Assembly (NCBI GenBank): GCA_951406725.2
Contig: OX597825.1
Span: forward strand, 80,042,001-80,106,000
Source of the DNA: Octopus vulgaris
Taxonomy: Eukaryota
Direction: 5' to 3'
Length of the DNA: 64,000 nucleotides
Under the pieces are notes generated by a model, which had not been told where the DNA came from, searched no databases, and saw only the letters and a list, made by a program, of their open reading frames with translations. Of this stretch, positions 14,282 through 27,720 are shown piece by piece. A program made the translations under genes and the position numbers. Positions within the stretch are counted from its first letter, which is position 1. Each line of letters opens with the position of its first letter.

Positions 14282-14687
14282 CGTGCGCGTGTGTATGTAT
14301 GTATGTATGTATGATTGTGTGTCTGTGTTTGTCCTCCCACCATCGCTTGACAACCGATGTTTGTGTGCTTACGTGTCCGTAACTTAGCGGTTCGGTAAAA
14401 GACACCGATAGAATAATAAGTCCTGCGGTCGATTTGCACGACTAGAGGCGATGCTCCAGCATGGCCGCAGTCAAATGACTGAAACAAATAAAAGAATAAA
14501 AGAATATAATGATCACAGAGTAAAAACAAATATTTTTTGAATATTGCACGGAAGGCTGGTTGATTGACATGAGTGATATTGTTGACTAATGATGTAATTC
14601 TTGTTTGAATGACGGGAGAGCATTTCACATTTAACGAAATGGAAACAGGGATGGAGGAGGCATGAAAACATCGTATGTGTATGCATG

Positions 14688-14725
<38 letters not shown>

Positions 14726-15772
14726 ATAAAAAAAATAATCTTTTCTACAATAGGCACAAGGCCTGAAATTTGTCGGGAGGAGACTACTTAATTTTTCGAC
14801 CCCGAAAGGATGAAAGGCAATGTCGACCTCAGCGGAATTTGAACTCAGAACTTAGCAGTAGACGAAATACCTATTTCTTTATTACCCACAAGGGGCTAAA
14901 TACAGAAGGGACAAACAAAGACAGACAAACGGATTAAGTCGCTTATATCGACCCCAGTGCGCAACTGGTACTTATTTAATCGACCCCGAAAGGATGAAAG
15001 GCAAAGTCGACCTCGGCGGAATTTGAACTCAGAACGTAGCGGCAGAGGAAATACCGCTAAGCATTTCGCCCGGCGTGCTAACAATTTTGCCAGCTCGCCT
15101 GGAAATGTAAAGGAAATAATTTGTAGTGGTTAAGTGTCTTTAAAAGCAGAAATAAAACAATTATAATTATGTCAGCTTTTGAGGTTTTAGCTGCCTTAGT
15201 CAACCATTTGGGAATACGTAATCCTGAAGCAAAACTTTAGAAGAATGCCTGAAGTTACATAACATTCCTGAATGTTCGTTCAATCTGTTTTCATTTTGAA
15301 ATGACATCAGTAGTTTTTCATTTAAACAAAGCTTGTCGTGAAAGCTGGAGCAAACACTGCGATGTGCAAGGTGTTGGTACGACTAATGATCGACCGTTTT
15401 AAACACCACAGACACGTTTCTTTCAAGTGCCAAATGTATTTGGAAAGACGTGTACCAAATTTCATTTCTTGTTACTTAAATATGTGCGTGGCGGCATGGT
15501 AAGAAGCTTGCTTCCAAACCAAATAGTTCTGGGTTCAGTCCCACTTCGTGGCACCTTGGTTTTCTACTAGAGCTTCAGGATTTTGTAGACGGAAAATGAA
15601 AGAAGCCCATCGTATATATGTATGTATATCTATGTGTGTGTCTTTCTGTATGTGTTTGTCCCCACCCCCGCCGCTTGGCAACCGGTGTTGGTGTGTTACT
15701 TAGCTTTTCGGCAAAAGAGAGTTTCTTGAGAAAATTATTTGCAGAAACAGAAGTTTATTAAATATTCGTGGA

Positions 15773-16185
15773 AGCAGGAGTGGCTGTGTGGTAAGTAGCT
15801 TGCTAACCAACCACATTGTTCTGGGTTCAGTCCCACTGCGTGGCATCTTGGGCGAGTGTCTTCTGCTATAGCCCCAGGCCGACCAATGCCTTGTGAGTGG
15901 ATTTGGTAGACGGAAACTGAAAGAAGCCTGTCGTATATATGTATATATATATGTATATGTGTTTGTTTGTGTGTCTGTGTTTGTCCCCCTAGCATTGCTT
16001 GACAACCGATGCTGGTGTGTTTATGTCCCCGTTACTTAGCGGTTCGGCAAAAGAGACCGATAGAATAAGTACTGGGCTTACAAAAAGAATAAGTCCCGTG
16101 GTCGAGTTGCTCGATTAAAGGCGGTGCTCCAGCATGGCCGCAGTCAAATGACTGAAACAAGTAAAAGAGTAAAAGAGTAAAGAGT
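15773..16185 (+). mobile_element. tRNA-derived CORE-like SINE (family B), full length
   Basis: A-box TGGCTGTGTGGT, B-box GGTTCAGTCCC, CORE-like (C/T)CTTGGGC(A/G)AGTG segment and (AAAGAGTA)n tail. Other copies at about 13876-14035, 14320-14505, 15485-16372, 22528-22942(-), 30443-30828(-), 36511-36895, 38678-39061(-), 39562-39927, 48550-48916(-) and 59977-60160. Confidence 0.85.
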
Positions 16186-19100
16186 ATTTGCAAAATATAT
16201 TTTGGACATGCGTTTCGGCAAAAGAGACCGATAGAATAAGTATCAGGTTTTAAAAATGGAGTCGATTCATTCAACTAAAAATTCATTCAACTAAAATGGA
16301 GTCGATTCATTCAACTAAAAATTCAAGGCGGTGCCCCAGCATGGCCGCAGTCTAATGACTGAAACAAGTAAACTATAAAGGATCTTAATAAACGCGAATC
16401 TTTAAACAATTTTTGATCAAACTGCTTTAAGTCCTGCGGAGAGGAGAGGTGCAATATTATTGCCAAGCTTAGCACAATAAATTTAACATTTCGACATACA
16501 GTTATCATAAAATTCAAAACTGTTTGGAGCAAGTAGTTACATGAAGAAGAGGTTATATTTTTGTTGTTGTACATGTTTCTGAATCTGATAATTGTTGATG
16601 GAAATTCCCAAAATTTACGGCATAGATTGCGCCAAAGGTATATCCATATCTATGAGTTATAAGGAAATGCTAAGAAATTAAATATAAGAAGTCTCTGGCA
16701 ATGAGGGCACGAACATTTAGACTATATACAGGTTTCACCATAGAATATTTCGGGGTCTATTTTTTATGCGAGGAAACATTAGTGTAGATTAGGTATGAGC
16801 AATCTTTTTCGAGTAGCGAGCCGCATGAGACATAGCTCGGCATTTAGCGGGCCACACTACTAAAACAGTTCGAGGTAATTTTTTCGTTAGGCATGCTATT
16901 CAGAGAGTCCCTCGGGCCGCAGGTTGCCCTATAACTGGTGTAGTTCGTATACTTACTTTCTTTATTAATACACTATTATGCAGTGCTCCGTTATGATAAT
17001 GCGAAGAAATACTGAATGCCGCTTCGTCTGAAGACGAGGAGGGTAAACTTTAACCAATGACCTTCTAAATTCAGCAAAACCTCTAAGTTTCAAGAAAACC
17101 CCAAACCATTTTAGAATATCTTTCAGCAACAACTTAAAATAATTAGGAAATCACAGAAAAATGTCACCAGATGTCATCGGGTATCGTCAAAACAAAATAT
17201 CTTCAAAGAACCAACAGACATATATTGTATTTTATTTAGACAGAGAAGTGGCCGAGCCGTTAGAGCGTCGGATAGATTGCTTTGAGGTATTTGTTCCGAA
17301 TCTCTTTGCTCCAGGATCAAATCCGTCATGGTTAACTTGGTCTTTCTTTCTTTCTTACGAGGTCTATAAATAAAGTATCGAGTCTTCCTCTTCCTCCCTT
17401 TCCCTCTGGAATAAATTGTCTCCGGTTAGGTGTGTGGTAGGATGAGCTCTGCTATGTCTAAACATGTCCAAGACACACCACCTATCACCACGGAGTTCCT
17501 ACGACTCCATCAAAGGTAAAGGACCCTGAGAAGGAAGGATAACTGTTATCATTGCTAATAATTATCAAAAATCTGTAACACAGCCAAGAACCTCGCTGTA
17601 GACGTCAGAGACGTCTATATTGAGGCTCTTGGCAATGTCTTTGATTCCAAGATTTACGGAATTATAAATGTTAGAAACTATTTAACTGCACCAACTTCCT
17701 ACAACACACTGTTATCTATTATCTTTACCAATATTTTCTACAGGAATGAGAACACTGTGTGGAGTGGAGTTTTAGTGAAGGTTGTAGATATATTTCTAAA
17801 TTGTTTGTTACGGAAGATACTTTTGAATAAGAAAGAAGAAATTCAGAATTGTAGGAAACCGAGACGAAAAAAAAAAACTTTTTGTTGCTAAACAAAATGA
17901 AACCGCAGCTGTCTGCTTAGGCTAAAGATTTTGCAAATAACTATTGCTGTTCATGTCTCCGACTGTGAATAAATGAATTTGAAGGACGACTCAATGAAGG
18001 CAATAATTCGATTTTTTTTTCTAAAGCAGACTTTAGCCATTATTCAGCAGTGAATATGAAGCTTCGTGGCCACATTCGCATTATAAAAACGGAACTCCGG
18101 TTTCATCTCCGTCATCTTTTCTTCTTATAATGAGACAGTGGAAAGGAGATGTGTCTGCATTTGTATGACCTGCTAGAAATAGCAGTCAAACCTCTTTCAC
18201 TTCACAGACACTACCTTCTTGGGAAAAGTCTCGAAGTGGCACACTGGATAACGTTGTCTTTATACATAATGCCTGAAATAAAGAAAAAATAAAAAGGCAA
18301 GATGGTCACAGATAGATTGGACTGATGCAGGGATGAGTGGAGAATGAGGTGTTTACGATCGGAAGTTGGCAGTCGAGGGTTTGTAGGTGGTGCACTGAGT
18401 CAGGCCTACTCTGGGCATTACAGGAATGAGCCCTCAAGGACAACGTAGAGGCTGCTGAGAAAGCATATTAAATGGCACTTGTTGTAAAAAGGGATAGCAG
18501 TAGGGGTCAGTAGACTGTTGTTGAAGGTTGATAAACTTTAATCAGGTCACCTGGATGAGAGTGCAATGTTGTAAAGTCTGAAACATCTAATGACCTTAAG
18601 ATACAAACAACATTGGCAGAGTGTTCTAGTATTGCATCTGTAGCGTGCATGATCATGGCAACATAATTTTGCAGTTGAAACTGGGCAGACTTCCATATTT
18701 TCAAAAGAACCTGGAGCAGGTGATAATAATTCTTGAGAAAATCATTTGCAGAAACAGAAGTTTATAAAATATTCGTGTAAGATGTTCTACATTTGCAAAA
18801 TATATTTTGATCATGCGGGGAAAATGATATTTTAATTAGTTTTATTGGTAACCCAAACCAGTTTTTCTAACGAAAGAACTGAAGATTAAGTAACTCAAAT
18901 GGTAGACGATGAAAAAGAAATGTAGAGAAAAGAATAGAAGGCATCTGTAAGGAATTAGAAATGCTGATATACGAATTTCTCCAATTCGGTTCAATTGACA
19001 AAAAAAAAAGTCAAGCAAAATGAAAGGAATTGCGAATAAGCCTGAATGCTAATAGATACTGAAATGGTTCATTCCTTTCTACTAAATTTGTAATCTAATT

Positions 19101-19832
19101 CGCTTATTTTCATGGGAAGATACAAGGCACAAATGCCAACCATTTTTGGTGGTAATAAGCGGCAAATTCGAAGTGGAACAGCTGATGTTCGGATAAATTT
19201 TCACTCTTGATAGAGAATCAGTGGAGGGGGAGATAACTCATAGCTTTCCCTGGTCTTACAGACATGAAATATCTGCAGTTTATGTTCAATTTAATCTGTC
19301 GATGTACAAAGAACTCTATAGAGCAAGGTTCTCAAATTCGGTTGCTTTTCCCTGCTGCAAACGAGGGCCAATCTGATGGTGGCCTGTAGCTTACTGGGCT
19401 GTTGCATGAATTGTTAAAAATAAAAAAAGGAGAATTCGCTGGAAATGAAAATTTATAAATCAAAACAACTTCGAAATAGAAAAAAAAATGATCAGAAACT
19501 ACGGAACATTTTAATATAAACGAAAAAAAGGCGGCGAGCTGGTATTATCGTTAGCACGCCGGGCAAAATGCTTCGCGGCATTTCCTCCGTTTTGACGTTC
19601 TGGGTTCAAATCTGGTCGAGGTCGATTTTACAATTCGTCATGTCGAGGTCGATAAAATAAGTACCAGTTGAAAACTAGGGTCGATGTAATCGACTTGCCC
19701 TTCCCTCGAAATTGCTGGCCTTGGACCAAAATTTAAAACCAATATAAACGAAGCAAATGTTCGAATAGTTATTGGGGAAAATTATAGACTATAAAGACAA
19801 ACACTATCACTGTACCCAAATTAAGGTTTCAA

Positions 19833-19893
<61 letters not shown>

Positions 19894-19946
19894 ATGTATG
19901 TATGTATGTATGTATATATATATATATATATAGAATGGTCCATTCT

Positions 19947-20000
19947 AACAAAAACTGTCTGATGAACGGCAACGAGAAACTCAGAGTAACAGGTTTTGTT
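19947..20000 (+). ncRNA. Minimal type-I hammerhead ribozyme motif (Penelope-type)
   Basis: Stem I AACAAAAACTGT/ACAGGTTTTGTT, core CTGATGA, short stem II CG-GCAA-CG, then GAAAC-TCAGA-GTA with a GUA cleavage triplet. Flanked by (TA)n on both sides. Confidence 0.6.
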
Positions 20001-20096
20001 GAATTTTCTGCTGCTTTAAATAAAGCATATTACTCTACCACTGGTATTTGAGTACTCTTTTTTTTCCACCTTGTTTCACATTTATGTGTTTACTCC

Positions 20097-20143
<47 letters not shown>

Positions 20144-20721
20144 ATATATGTGTGTGTGTATAGATATAGAGAGAGAAATGGAGTAGATAAGATTCAGGGT
20201 ACATATATTTCATAGTGAGCAGAACATTGGAGGTGATAAATATCCAAGCGAGGTGTATACCGCAGGCTACTCTTCAGGCCAAGGCTAAGGATATCTTGAT
20301 AAAATAAAAGTTTACATTGTCACACATTCTGATGGCATCTTCCATGCCTCAACATCTACCTCCTTGCCACAATGTAATCTTTCATCTACTCAAGATATGC
20401 TTGGCCTGAAGAATAGTCTGCAGTAAACACCTCACTTGGATATTTACCACTTCCAAGGTTCCGCTCGCTATGAAACATTTGTAGTCCAGAACTAATCTAT
20501 TCCATTCGTTAACTCCTGTATTTTTTTCCACATGCCTAGCAACCCTGGTTGCCTACCGTGAAATCTAAAAAAGAAATTCTTGCATTTTATCGTACTTCGA
20601 TACAAAAACAGAATCTTCAACTTTCGGTCTCAATAAGCCACAATTGTCCCTCAGAGTTATTTTTTATATTTACCATGGATTGCTCGAAGCTAACTTTCTT
20701 CCTACACCTTGATCTTTGGCT

Positions 20722-20776
<55 letters not shown>

Positions 20777-21205
20777 GATGAAGGCCAGCTTATAGGGTGA
20801 CCCTGGGTTTCGCATCATAAAGGGTACCTTTATGGCGAGAAACAGAAATCCTAATGGGTATAGTCATAATAATCAAGACTTATTTGAAGCATTATCATGG
20901 GATTTGGTAAAGGAAAACTTAAATCAAGATGTTAGCTGACAATTAAAGGGGCTTGCCAGCAGCAGACCATTGATAATGAAACAGGGGAAATCTTATCATG
21001 TAGTTAATATTTTAAGCAATACTGCTTTATTGTATAAAGTTAAAGTTTAGAGTTACTCAGAGGATTATTAAGAAGAAGAATTATAACAAAAGGATAAAAT
21101 GTTTTATGAATACTTTTGAGCATATATCAAACTTTTACCACAATAGAGGGAGGAAAAAGAAATTCTCCAGAAATAAATTAATATTCATACATATTATAAA
21201 CTTAA

Positions 21206-21432
21206 GGCGGCGAGCTGGCAGAATCGTTAGCACGCCGGGCGAAATGCGTAGCCGTATTTCGTCTGCCGTTACGTTCTGAGTTCAAATTCCGCCGAGGTCG
21301 ACTTTGCCTTTCATCCTCTCGGGGTCGATAAATAAAGTACCAGTTTCGCACTGGGTCGATGTAATCGACTTAATCCCTTTGTCTGCCCTTGTTTGTCCCC
21401 TCTATGTTTAGCCCCTTGTGGGTAGTAAAGAA
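21206..21432 (+). mobile_element. tRNA-derived SINE (family A) with 19-bp TSD
   Basis: GGCGGCGAGCTGGCAGAATCG...GAGTTCAAATTCC head and central GCCTTTCATCC..GGGGTCGATAAA...GTACCAG (resembles the Meta/MESC SINE domain). Perfect TSD ATACATATTATAAACTTAA at 21187-21205 and 21433-21451. Other copies at about 7975-8115, 8520-9100, 14745-15100, 19530-19740, 26068-26198, 41505-41722, 43575-44165, 55615-56000 and 61613-61920. Confidence 0.88.
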
Positions 21433-21958
21433 ATACATATTATAAACTTAAATACTAACTTATCAGATGGTATCAGTGAATATTGATCAATTGCTATATA
21501 CTGGTATTTAATAAAGAAGTACTGAGGTAAAAGAACATGCTAACTATATATTAATTTAATTATAATCCAGCTCCCTTAATTGTCAGCTAATATCTTGATT
21601 TAAGTTTTCCTTTACCAAATCTCATGATATTGCTTCAAATAAAACTTGATTTTTATGACTTTACCCCACTAGGATTTCTGTCGACTCTCTTGGCCCTACC
21701 CCTAACAGATACTGTCCCTATTCTCTCAGCCTTAGATATACAAGGATTTGATAAAATTAGTCTATAAATTAAAACTAACCCCATAAAACAGTGACAAGCA
21801 AAATCTGTAACAAGTCTTTCTTCCTGATACCTTAGTAGCTTCTAAGCTGAAGTGAAGACAGCATGTTCTTTGTCTATCTCCTTAACTTCTTGGAGATTTT
21901 AAGTAAAATTATACTAATGTGTCCATCTGTTTTAATTTAATTAAATTCTATGTCTTTG

Positions 21959-22044
21959 TGCAGCTGAGGATTGCTCTGCATCTAAATTGATGTAATAGTT
22001 GCATTGCTCAATTAAATGGAGTTGCATGAAACGATCATACTGCA
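21959..22044 (+). ncRNA. Hammerhead ribozyme motif with long stem-II loop
   Basis: TGCAG-CTGAGGA-TTGC...GCAT-GAAAC-GATC-ATA-CTGCA. Perfect 5-bp stem I and palindromic loop 3 (GATC); GTA is changed to ATA. Confidence 0.5.
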
Positions 22045-22075
22045 TTACCTCTGCATATCCCTGTTGCTTATTTTG

Positions 22076-22117
<42 letters not shown>

Positions 22118-22740
22118 TATATATATAATGTATATGTAGATGTATATATATATATGTATATGCATATATATATATGTATGTATATTTATGTATGTTTTTG
22201 TTTGTTCCTTCTCGAGCTACGCCTGGCTCATTAGGGCCAGTTTCCCTGTTTACTTAGTGTATAGGTTCCCCACCTGGACAGGACGCCAGTCTGTCACAGG
22301 TGAGCTGCAAGATGCAGGAGGAAAGAGTGAGAGTAAGTTGTGGCAAAAGAGTCAGCAGAAGTTCGCTATTACCTTCTGCCACGTGGAGCTTAGGTTTTTC
22401 GCTCATAACTATAGACATTGCCTGGTCTGAGATTCGAACCCACAATCCCTTGACTGCAAGTCCGCTGCTCTAGCCACAAAGTCATGTGCGTCCACATATT
22501 TATGTATATGTGTGTGTATATATATATACTCTTTACTCTTTTACTTGTTTCAGTCATTTGACTGCGGTCATGCTGGAGCACCGCCTTTAGTCGAGCAAAT
22601 CGACCCTGGACTTATTCTTTGTAAGCCCAGTACTTATTCTACCGGTCTCTTTTTGCCAAACCGCTAAGTGACGGGGACATAAACACACCAGCATCGGTTG
22701 TCAAGCAATGCTAGGGGGACAAACACAGACAAACAAACAT

Positions 22741-22774
<34 letters not shown>

Positions 22775-24731
22775 ATATATACGACGGGCTTCTTTCAGTT
22801 TCCGACTACCAAATCCACTCACAAGGCATTGGTCGGCCTGGGGCTATAGCAGAAGACACTTGGCCAAGATGCCACGCAGTGGGACTGAACCCGGAACCAT
22901 GTGGTTGGTTAGCAAGCTACTTACCACACAGCTACTCCTACGCTATATATATATATATACATACCTAGTATTTTGGGGGAATTAATTTCCTTAAAATAAT
23001 AGGTATATATATATATAAACATATAGGTTTATATTCATATAAAAGAAGAAAAAGAAAATGGAGATTGGGAAGTTAATTGTTTATTATTAACAGCAAATTA
23101 ATCATCTTCACTTACAGCTGTTCCAATTAATACTCAGTAAATATTAAATAAATAAATTCATATTTGCAAGACCTGAGCATGAATTCTTCAGAGGGGGAAA
23201 AAATACACCCTTGGCTATTTTATGTGTTTATGGATTCATTATAGCAGACTGAATGATATTATTTATGAGTTGTATTGTAATATGTTCAGGCGAGAGGTTT
23301 ACAAGTTGATTGGAGATAAGATAGGGTAGGTAAATAGAATTAGAACAATAAATGAATAAATTAACTAGAGATGATAGAGGAAATTTAAATATTAATAAGG
23401 TAAGTATATAGTAAATAAAAGAATGTGTAATAGTTACACACACACACAGAGCACTTTTATATAAAATCAACTGTACTCTCCCACAATACATATGGTCTGC
23501 ACCCTTGTTGAAAATTATCATATTTACATACGAGAACTAACACGCTATCTTAAAGATAGTTCTGGCAGTGCCTTGAGCTTCCATATTTAGCGATTATTTA
23601 ATCCATATTTTCACATTGGAATGTAAAAGTTAGAATACATCAAACGCGAAGAAAGTTTCAGAATCCATGATGAAAAGGGTTCCACGTTTGATGGAAATAT
23701 TTTTAGCAACAGATTACCCAAAAGTGGTTCTGATTGAACAGACCTACAACAAAAGCCACATAATAATAATCGTGCGTTTTTTTTATATATAACAAGGACT
23801 ACTTTTTCTTATTCTGTCTTTTACAAGGGTACAGGGTGTCTTCATGATATTATCTTCTTAGCACAATTTTTTTTTTTTTTTCCTTTTTCTTAAGTGTAGG
23901 CTATGATTTGAGGGAGATTTAGTTGCTAACAGATCAAGTGACTGTGTAACGGGCACTTTATTGACCTGTGTGTGTGTGCACGCGCGTACGTGTAGCCTAG
24001 TGGTTAGGATAGCATTAACGATCTTGTGATCGTAGTTTCAATTTTCAGACCTGGCTTTATGTTGTGCTCTTGAGCAAAACACTTCACTTCACATTGCTCC
24101 AGTCCACCCAGCTGTAAATGTGACACCCTCTGCTGTGACATTGTCGTTCTGCTCAGTGGGAATATTAGCCCGACTGATCGACCGTCTGGCCAGCAAGGTG
24201 ACATCATTACAAAGCTGCAATACGAGAAACAAAGTATGATAAAAACGGTACTAGTTTACTGGTTGAGAAGTTAATATAAGTATCATAATGTTTCGAACAT
24301 TAGCTCTTCATCAAAAAGAAAAATACGTAGGGAGAGAGGAAAAGAAATATGTTGTTCATGTTATTTCTATGACAACACTAAACTACCAGACGAATGGTGA
24401 ATGGTGTTACAGCCATGACCATTCAGGTTTATGAACGAGTGCGTTATTTAGAACTACATTAGGAAACGTGTGTCTTTCCAGGCTGAGGTATTGCTATAGC
24501 CAAATGAGAGTCAATTGGTCTTTCTTTTCGGTAAGAAGAGATGCTGACGAAGACAAAAAATTAGTTACAGAGTCCCTTCTACCCACGGAAGAAGTTAGAT
24601 GTCATATGCTGAAAATATAAATCACCAACAAATTATTGTATTTCAGGATTTTGTTCAGTTCAGTATAATTCTTTCAAACGAACATAAAGCTTTCCTTATT
24701 GAAAAGTAGAAACCTCGGTAAGGTTGAAGTA

Positions 24732-24985
24732 CAGGGTGCGGCAGAAAGGTTGCCCCGATTTCAAAGGTTAATAAAAAACGAACACACGAAGATGCATGAA
24801 AAAGCTTTCTATTTCTATGAAGTTCATTAAATGCCATTTTTCTTCTGTATCAGGTAGTACCCACCATGGCTTGGAGAGGACAGCATTTAATGTACTTCGT
24901 GGAATTACAATGATTTTTATTGTATCTTCATGTGTTTTCTTTTTATTAATCTTTGAAATCAGGGCAACCTTTCTGCCGCACCCTG
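24732..24985. mobile_element. Tc1/mariner-type MITE
   Basis: Long imperfect TIRs TA|CAGGGTGCGGCAGAAAGGTTGCCCCGATTTCAAAG... and ...CTTTGAAATCAGGGCAACCTTTCTGCCGCACCCTG|CA. Confidence 0.8.
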
Positions 24986-27299
24986 CATTGGGTTAGAAAA
25001 AAACATTGAAAGATAATATAAATATTCATTACAAAGTAATATAACAATGAGTTAGCTGAAATTAGAGACTTAGTAAATCTGTGTCACCTAAATTTATTTT
25101 TCACGTAATATTTTTAAATGAAACAATTTTTTTACGTCATTACATCTTTAAAATAAAGTTGTCAGTTTTTTTACTATTTTTTTAAATAAAAAAAACATTA
25201 TTTTTCAGGTAATATTTCAAATTTTATGTTCCCAATTTTTCCTCCTCATAATACACGTGCTTTTGAATTGAAAGTATTTTCCTCCAAAACTAGACTATAT
25301 TTCGTTTTCGTTTCGGTATTTCAAGAAAACTATACCATTTTGATATATTCCCGTTTTCTTCCAAATCGCGCTATAGTTCTCTACACTCACCGAAAACACG
25401 TGTATCATCGCTGTATACTTGTTATCATTGTAGAGTGCAGCCCATACGTGTCACTGGCTATAGAGTGGAATCTAAAAGCCAATAGAGCATAATAGTAATA
25501 TATATTTAATAATTGTGATGGTGCTTGTGGAAGTAGTGGCTGTATGCTTTTACAAACACCTCGTAAGCATTTAGGATCACTAAATAAATTCTGCTTTTAC
25601 TGATTCCAGTTGTTGAAGTGCCTCCATACTAAGGTGCCATTTCCAAGCAATTTCGGTCAGTATAATCGACTGAGATTTTTGTTTAGTTTCATTTTCTGAA
25701 GATAATTGACAAGTCAACATTTAAAGGGAGATAATTCAGTCAGACGTGGTTCTGATGAATGAAAAATTGTGAGAGAGATTGATGCGTAAGCATTGACGAA
25801 TAATGGACAGGTGGCCGGTGGCAAACATATGGTTTGTTTGATAATTAGGCAAAATGGGAGAAGGGTTAACATCTCTTGCTGTGTATCTACGGCTTCGCTA
25901 GGCCACTGGCGCGGAATCTTTTTCGCCTGCCATGACTTAAAATGTTTTAAAATATCCTAAAGACATCTTTTGAATTACAGACACAATCCACCCGACGGGC
26001 TTCTTTTCGGGTATCGTCTACCCGATTTCACTTGCAAACTATGGGGTGATGCGACGTTATAGGTAGATAGTTTATCAACCCCGAAAATATGAAAGTCAAA
26101 GCTGACCTCGGCGATATTTGAACTCAGAGCGTAAAGAGCCGGAAGAAATGCTGCTAAGCATTTAGTCCGACACGCTATTGATTCTACCAGCTCGCCACCC
26201 TCCGAGGCATTTGTCCAATGTGCCACGTAGCGAGATCGAACTTGGGATTCTGTGCTTGCCAAGTGAACTTCTAAACCAGTAATCCATCTTTAATCGATTA
26301 AATGAAATATTCAAATTTAAATCAAACTGTAATTTATTTAATAAACAAACGAACAAAAAAACTTTGGTAGATGTGAAAAGTAGGAATATCAAATTAATTC
26401 AAAAAGAAAGAAAAAATTAGTGTACTTGTGAAACCTTTAGGATTAATACAAAATACAATTTATCCAACTTGAATTTTTTATAGTGTCCCTGACCCACTAA
26501 AAATATTTTGTGACATACTTCTGAGTCTTACGAATCCTCTGAGCTAAGATGACAGGGTTTCAATGAATGACAATGTAACTGACGGAAAAAAAGACTCCTA
26601 AAAGTATATATTTCTTTCCCACGGTAAAATTGAAAAGAGTCAGTTTTGCAGACTAAATTAACGAGTGTTGGGTCATTGATACCCCCACACACACACATTA
26701 ATTAGGTAATTAAAAAAAGAATATTTGCATTATCTATTGCCGAAAATATTCTTGTATAAAAATTAAATAAATAACATTATAAGATAAAGAAACAATAAAG
26801 AAAAAGCTCATATGTCATATAATGATTTTTTTTTTTATATTTACATACAGCCGGCCTCAGATGTTCACAAACCACCACTGAGCTGCTGATGATTCAGTCT
26901 GACACGAACTACCGAACAAGTGGACTAGTTTTCTTAAACTTCTTTCTTTTGGTGAATATATTTCAATTTTGCTTTGCTTTACTTTTTCTTTAAGTATTAT
27001 ATAATTTTCGAATAGTATATATCACGATTTTTAGAGAATTATTTCTTAAAAATTTTATTTAATTATGTAAATGTTAATTTTGTGAGAGGGACTAAATACT
27101 GAAAAATAATAAATTTTATTTAATTTTTTTGTAAAATGAATTTTAGTTGCAACTTAACAGTTTATTCGACAACTTGTTGGATAAATTAATATTTATTAAG
27201 TACAACAGTTTTTTTGTTTTTAGCGACCCTTAAGGTGAAAATGCATTTCGTTTTGTTGCATCACCTTAAAGAGATCCGAGGGGACAGGACACATGGAAA

Positions 27300-27720
27300 C
27301 TTTATATCTAACCGGCCCGAATCGCACTTGGCTGTGCCCGGAATGTTTCTAAGAAAGGTAGAAGGAATACCTGCAAATAAAGTTAGATGTGAATTATTTT
27401 TTCATTTTCAAGTGGCCTTGGAAACGAAAACGGCGCCAGGTTTTCCGTTTGGATGCATACTGGCGCATCAAAAAATATTAATGTAATAGTACATTTAGCC
27501 TGAAATGTCTAAAGAAGTAGCTGCCTACCGTGGACAGCGTACGAGGTCCCTGGACCGGCATCTTACGTTTCTGTCGAGTTCGTCTTTTTTCCAGATTATT
27601 AACCATGGTTAAACCGAATAGAATTTATTTTATATAGTGCTGTTAGTGAACATTTAATCGTTGTACATTTTAATTGGATCGATCATTGATTCATTCGTGG
27701 TTTTGACGGTAAAAAGTGAT
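27300..27720 (+). promoter_or_regulatory. Possible PSPH promoter / non-coding first exon
   Basis: Non-repetitive, CpG-enriched island upstream of PSPH ending in a donor-like ACG|gtaaaa near 27709. The PSPH ATG exon has an acceptor, so an upstream exon must exist. This location is inference only. Confidence 0.3.

Noticed and set aside
15700-16005. Recurrent 'MSSNARGTNT...RRASFSFRLPNPLTR' ORF family (also at 22698, 30616, 36483, 38849, 39551, 48692)
   Set aside because: Antisense translations of the family-B SINE, not a protein family.
20775-20845. CTGATGA...GAAAC as an additional hammerhead
   Set aside because: No GTH triplet or stem I could be formed after GAAAC. Similar weak hits at about 17028, 26886, 51470 and 51695 were also excluded.
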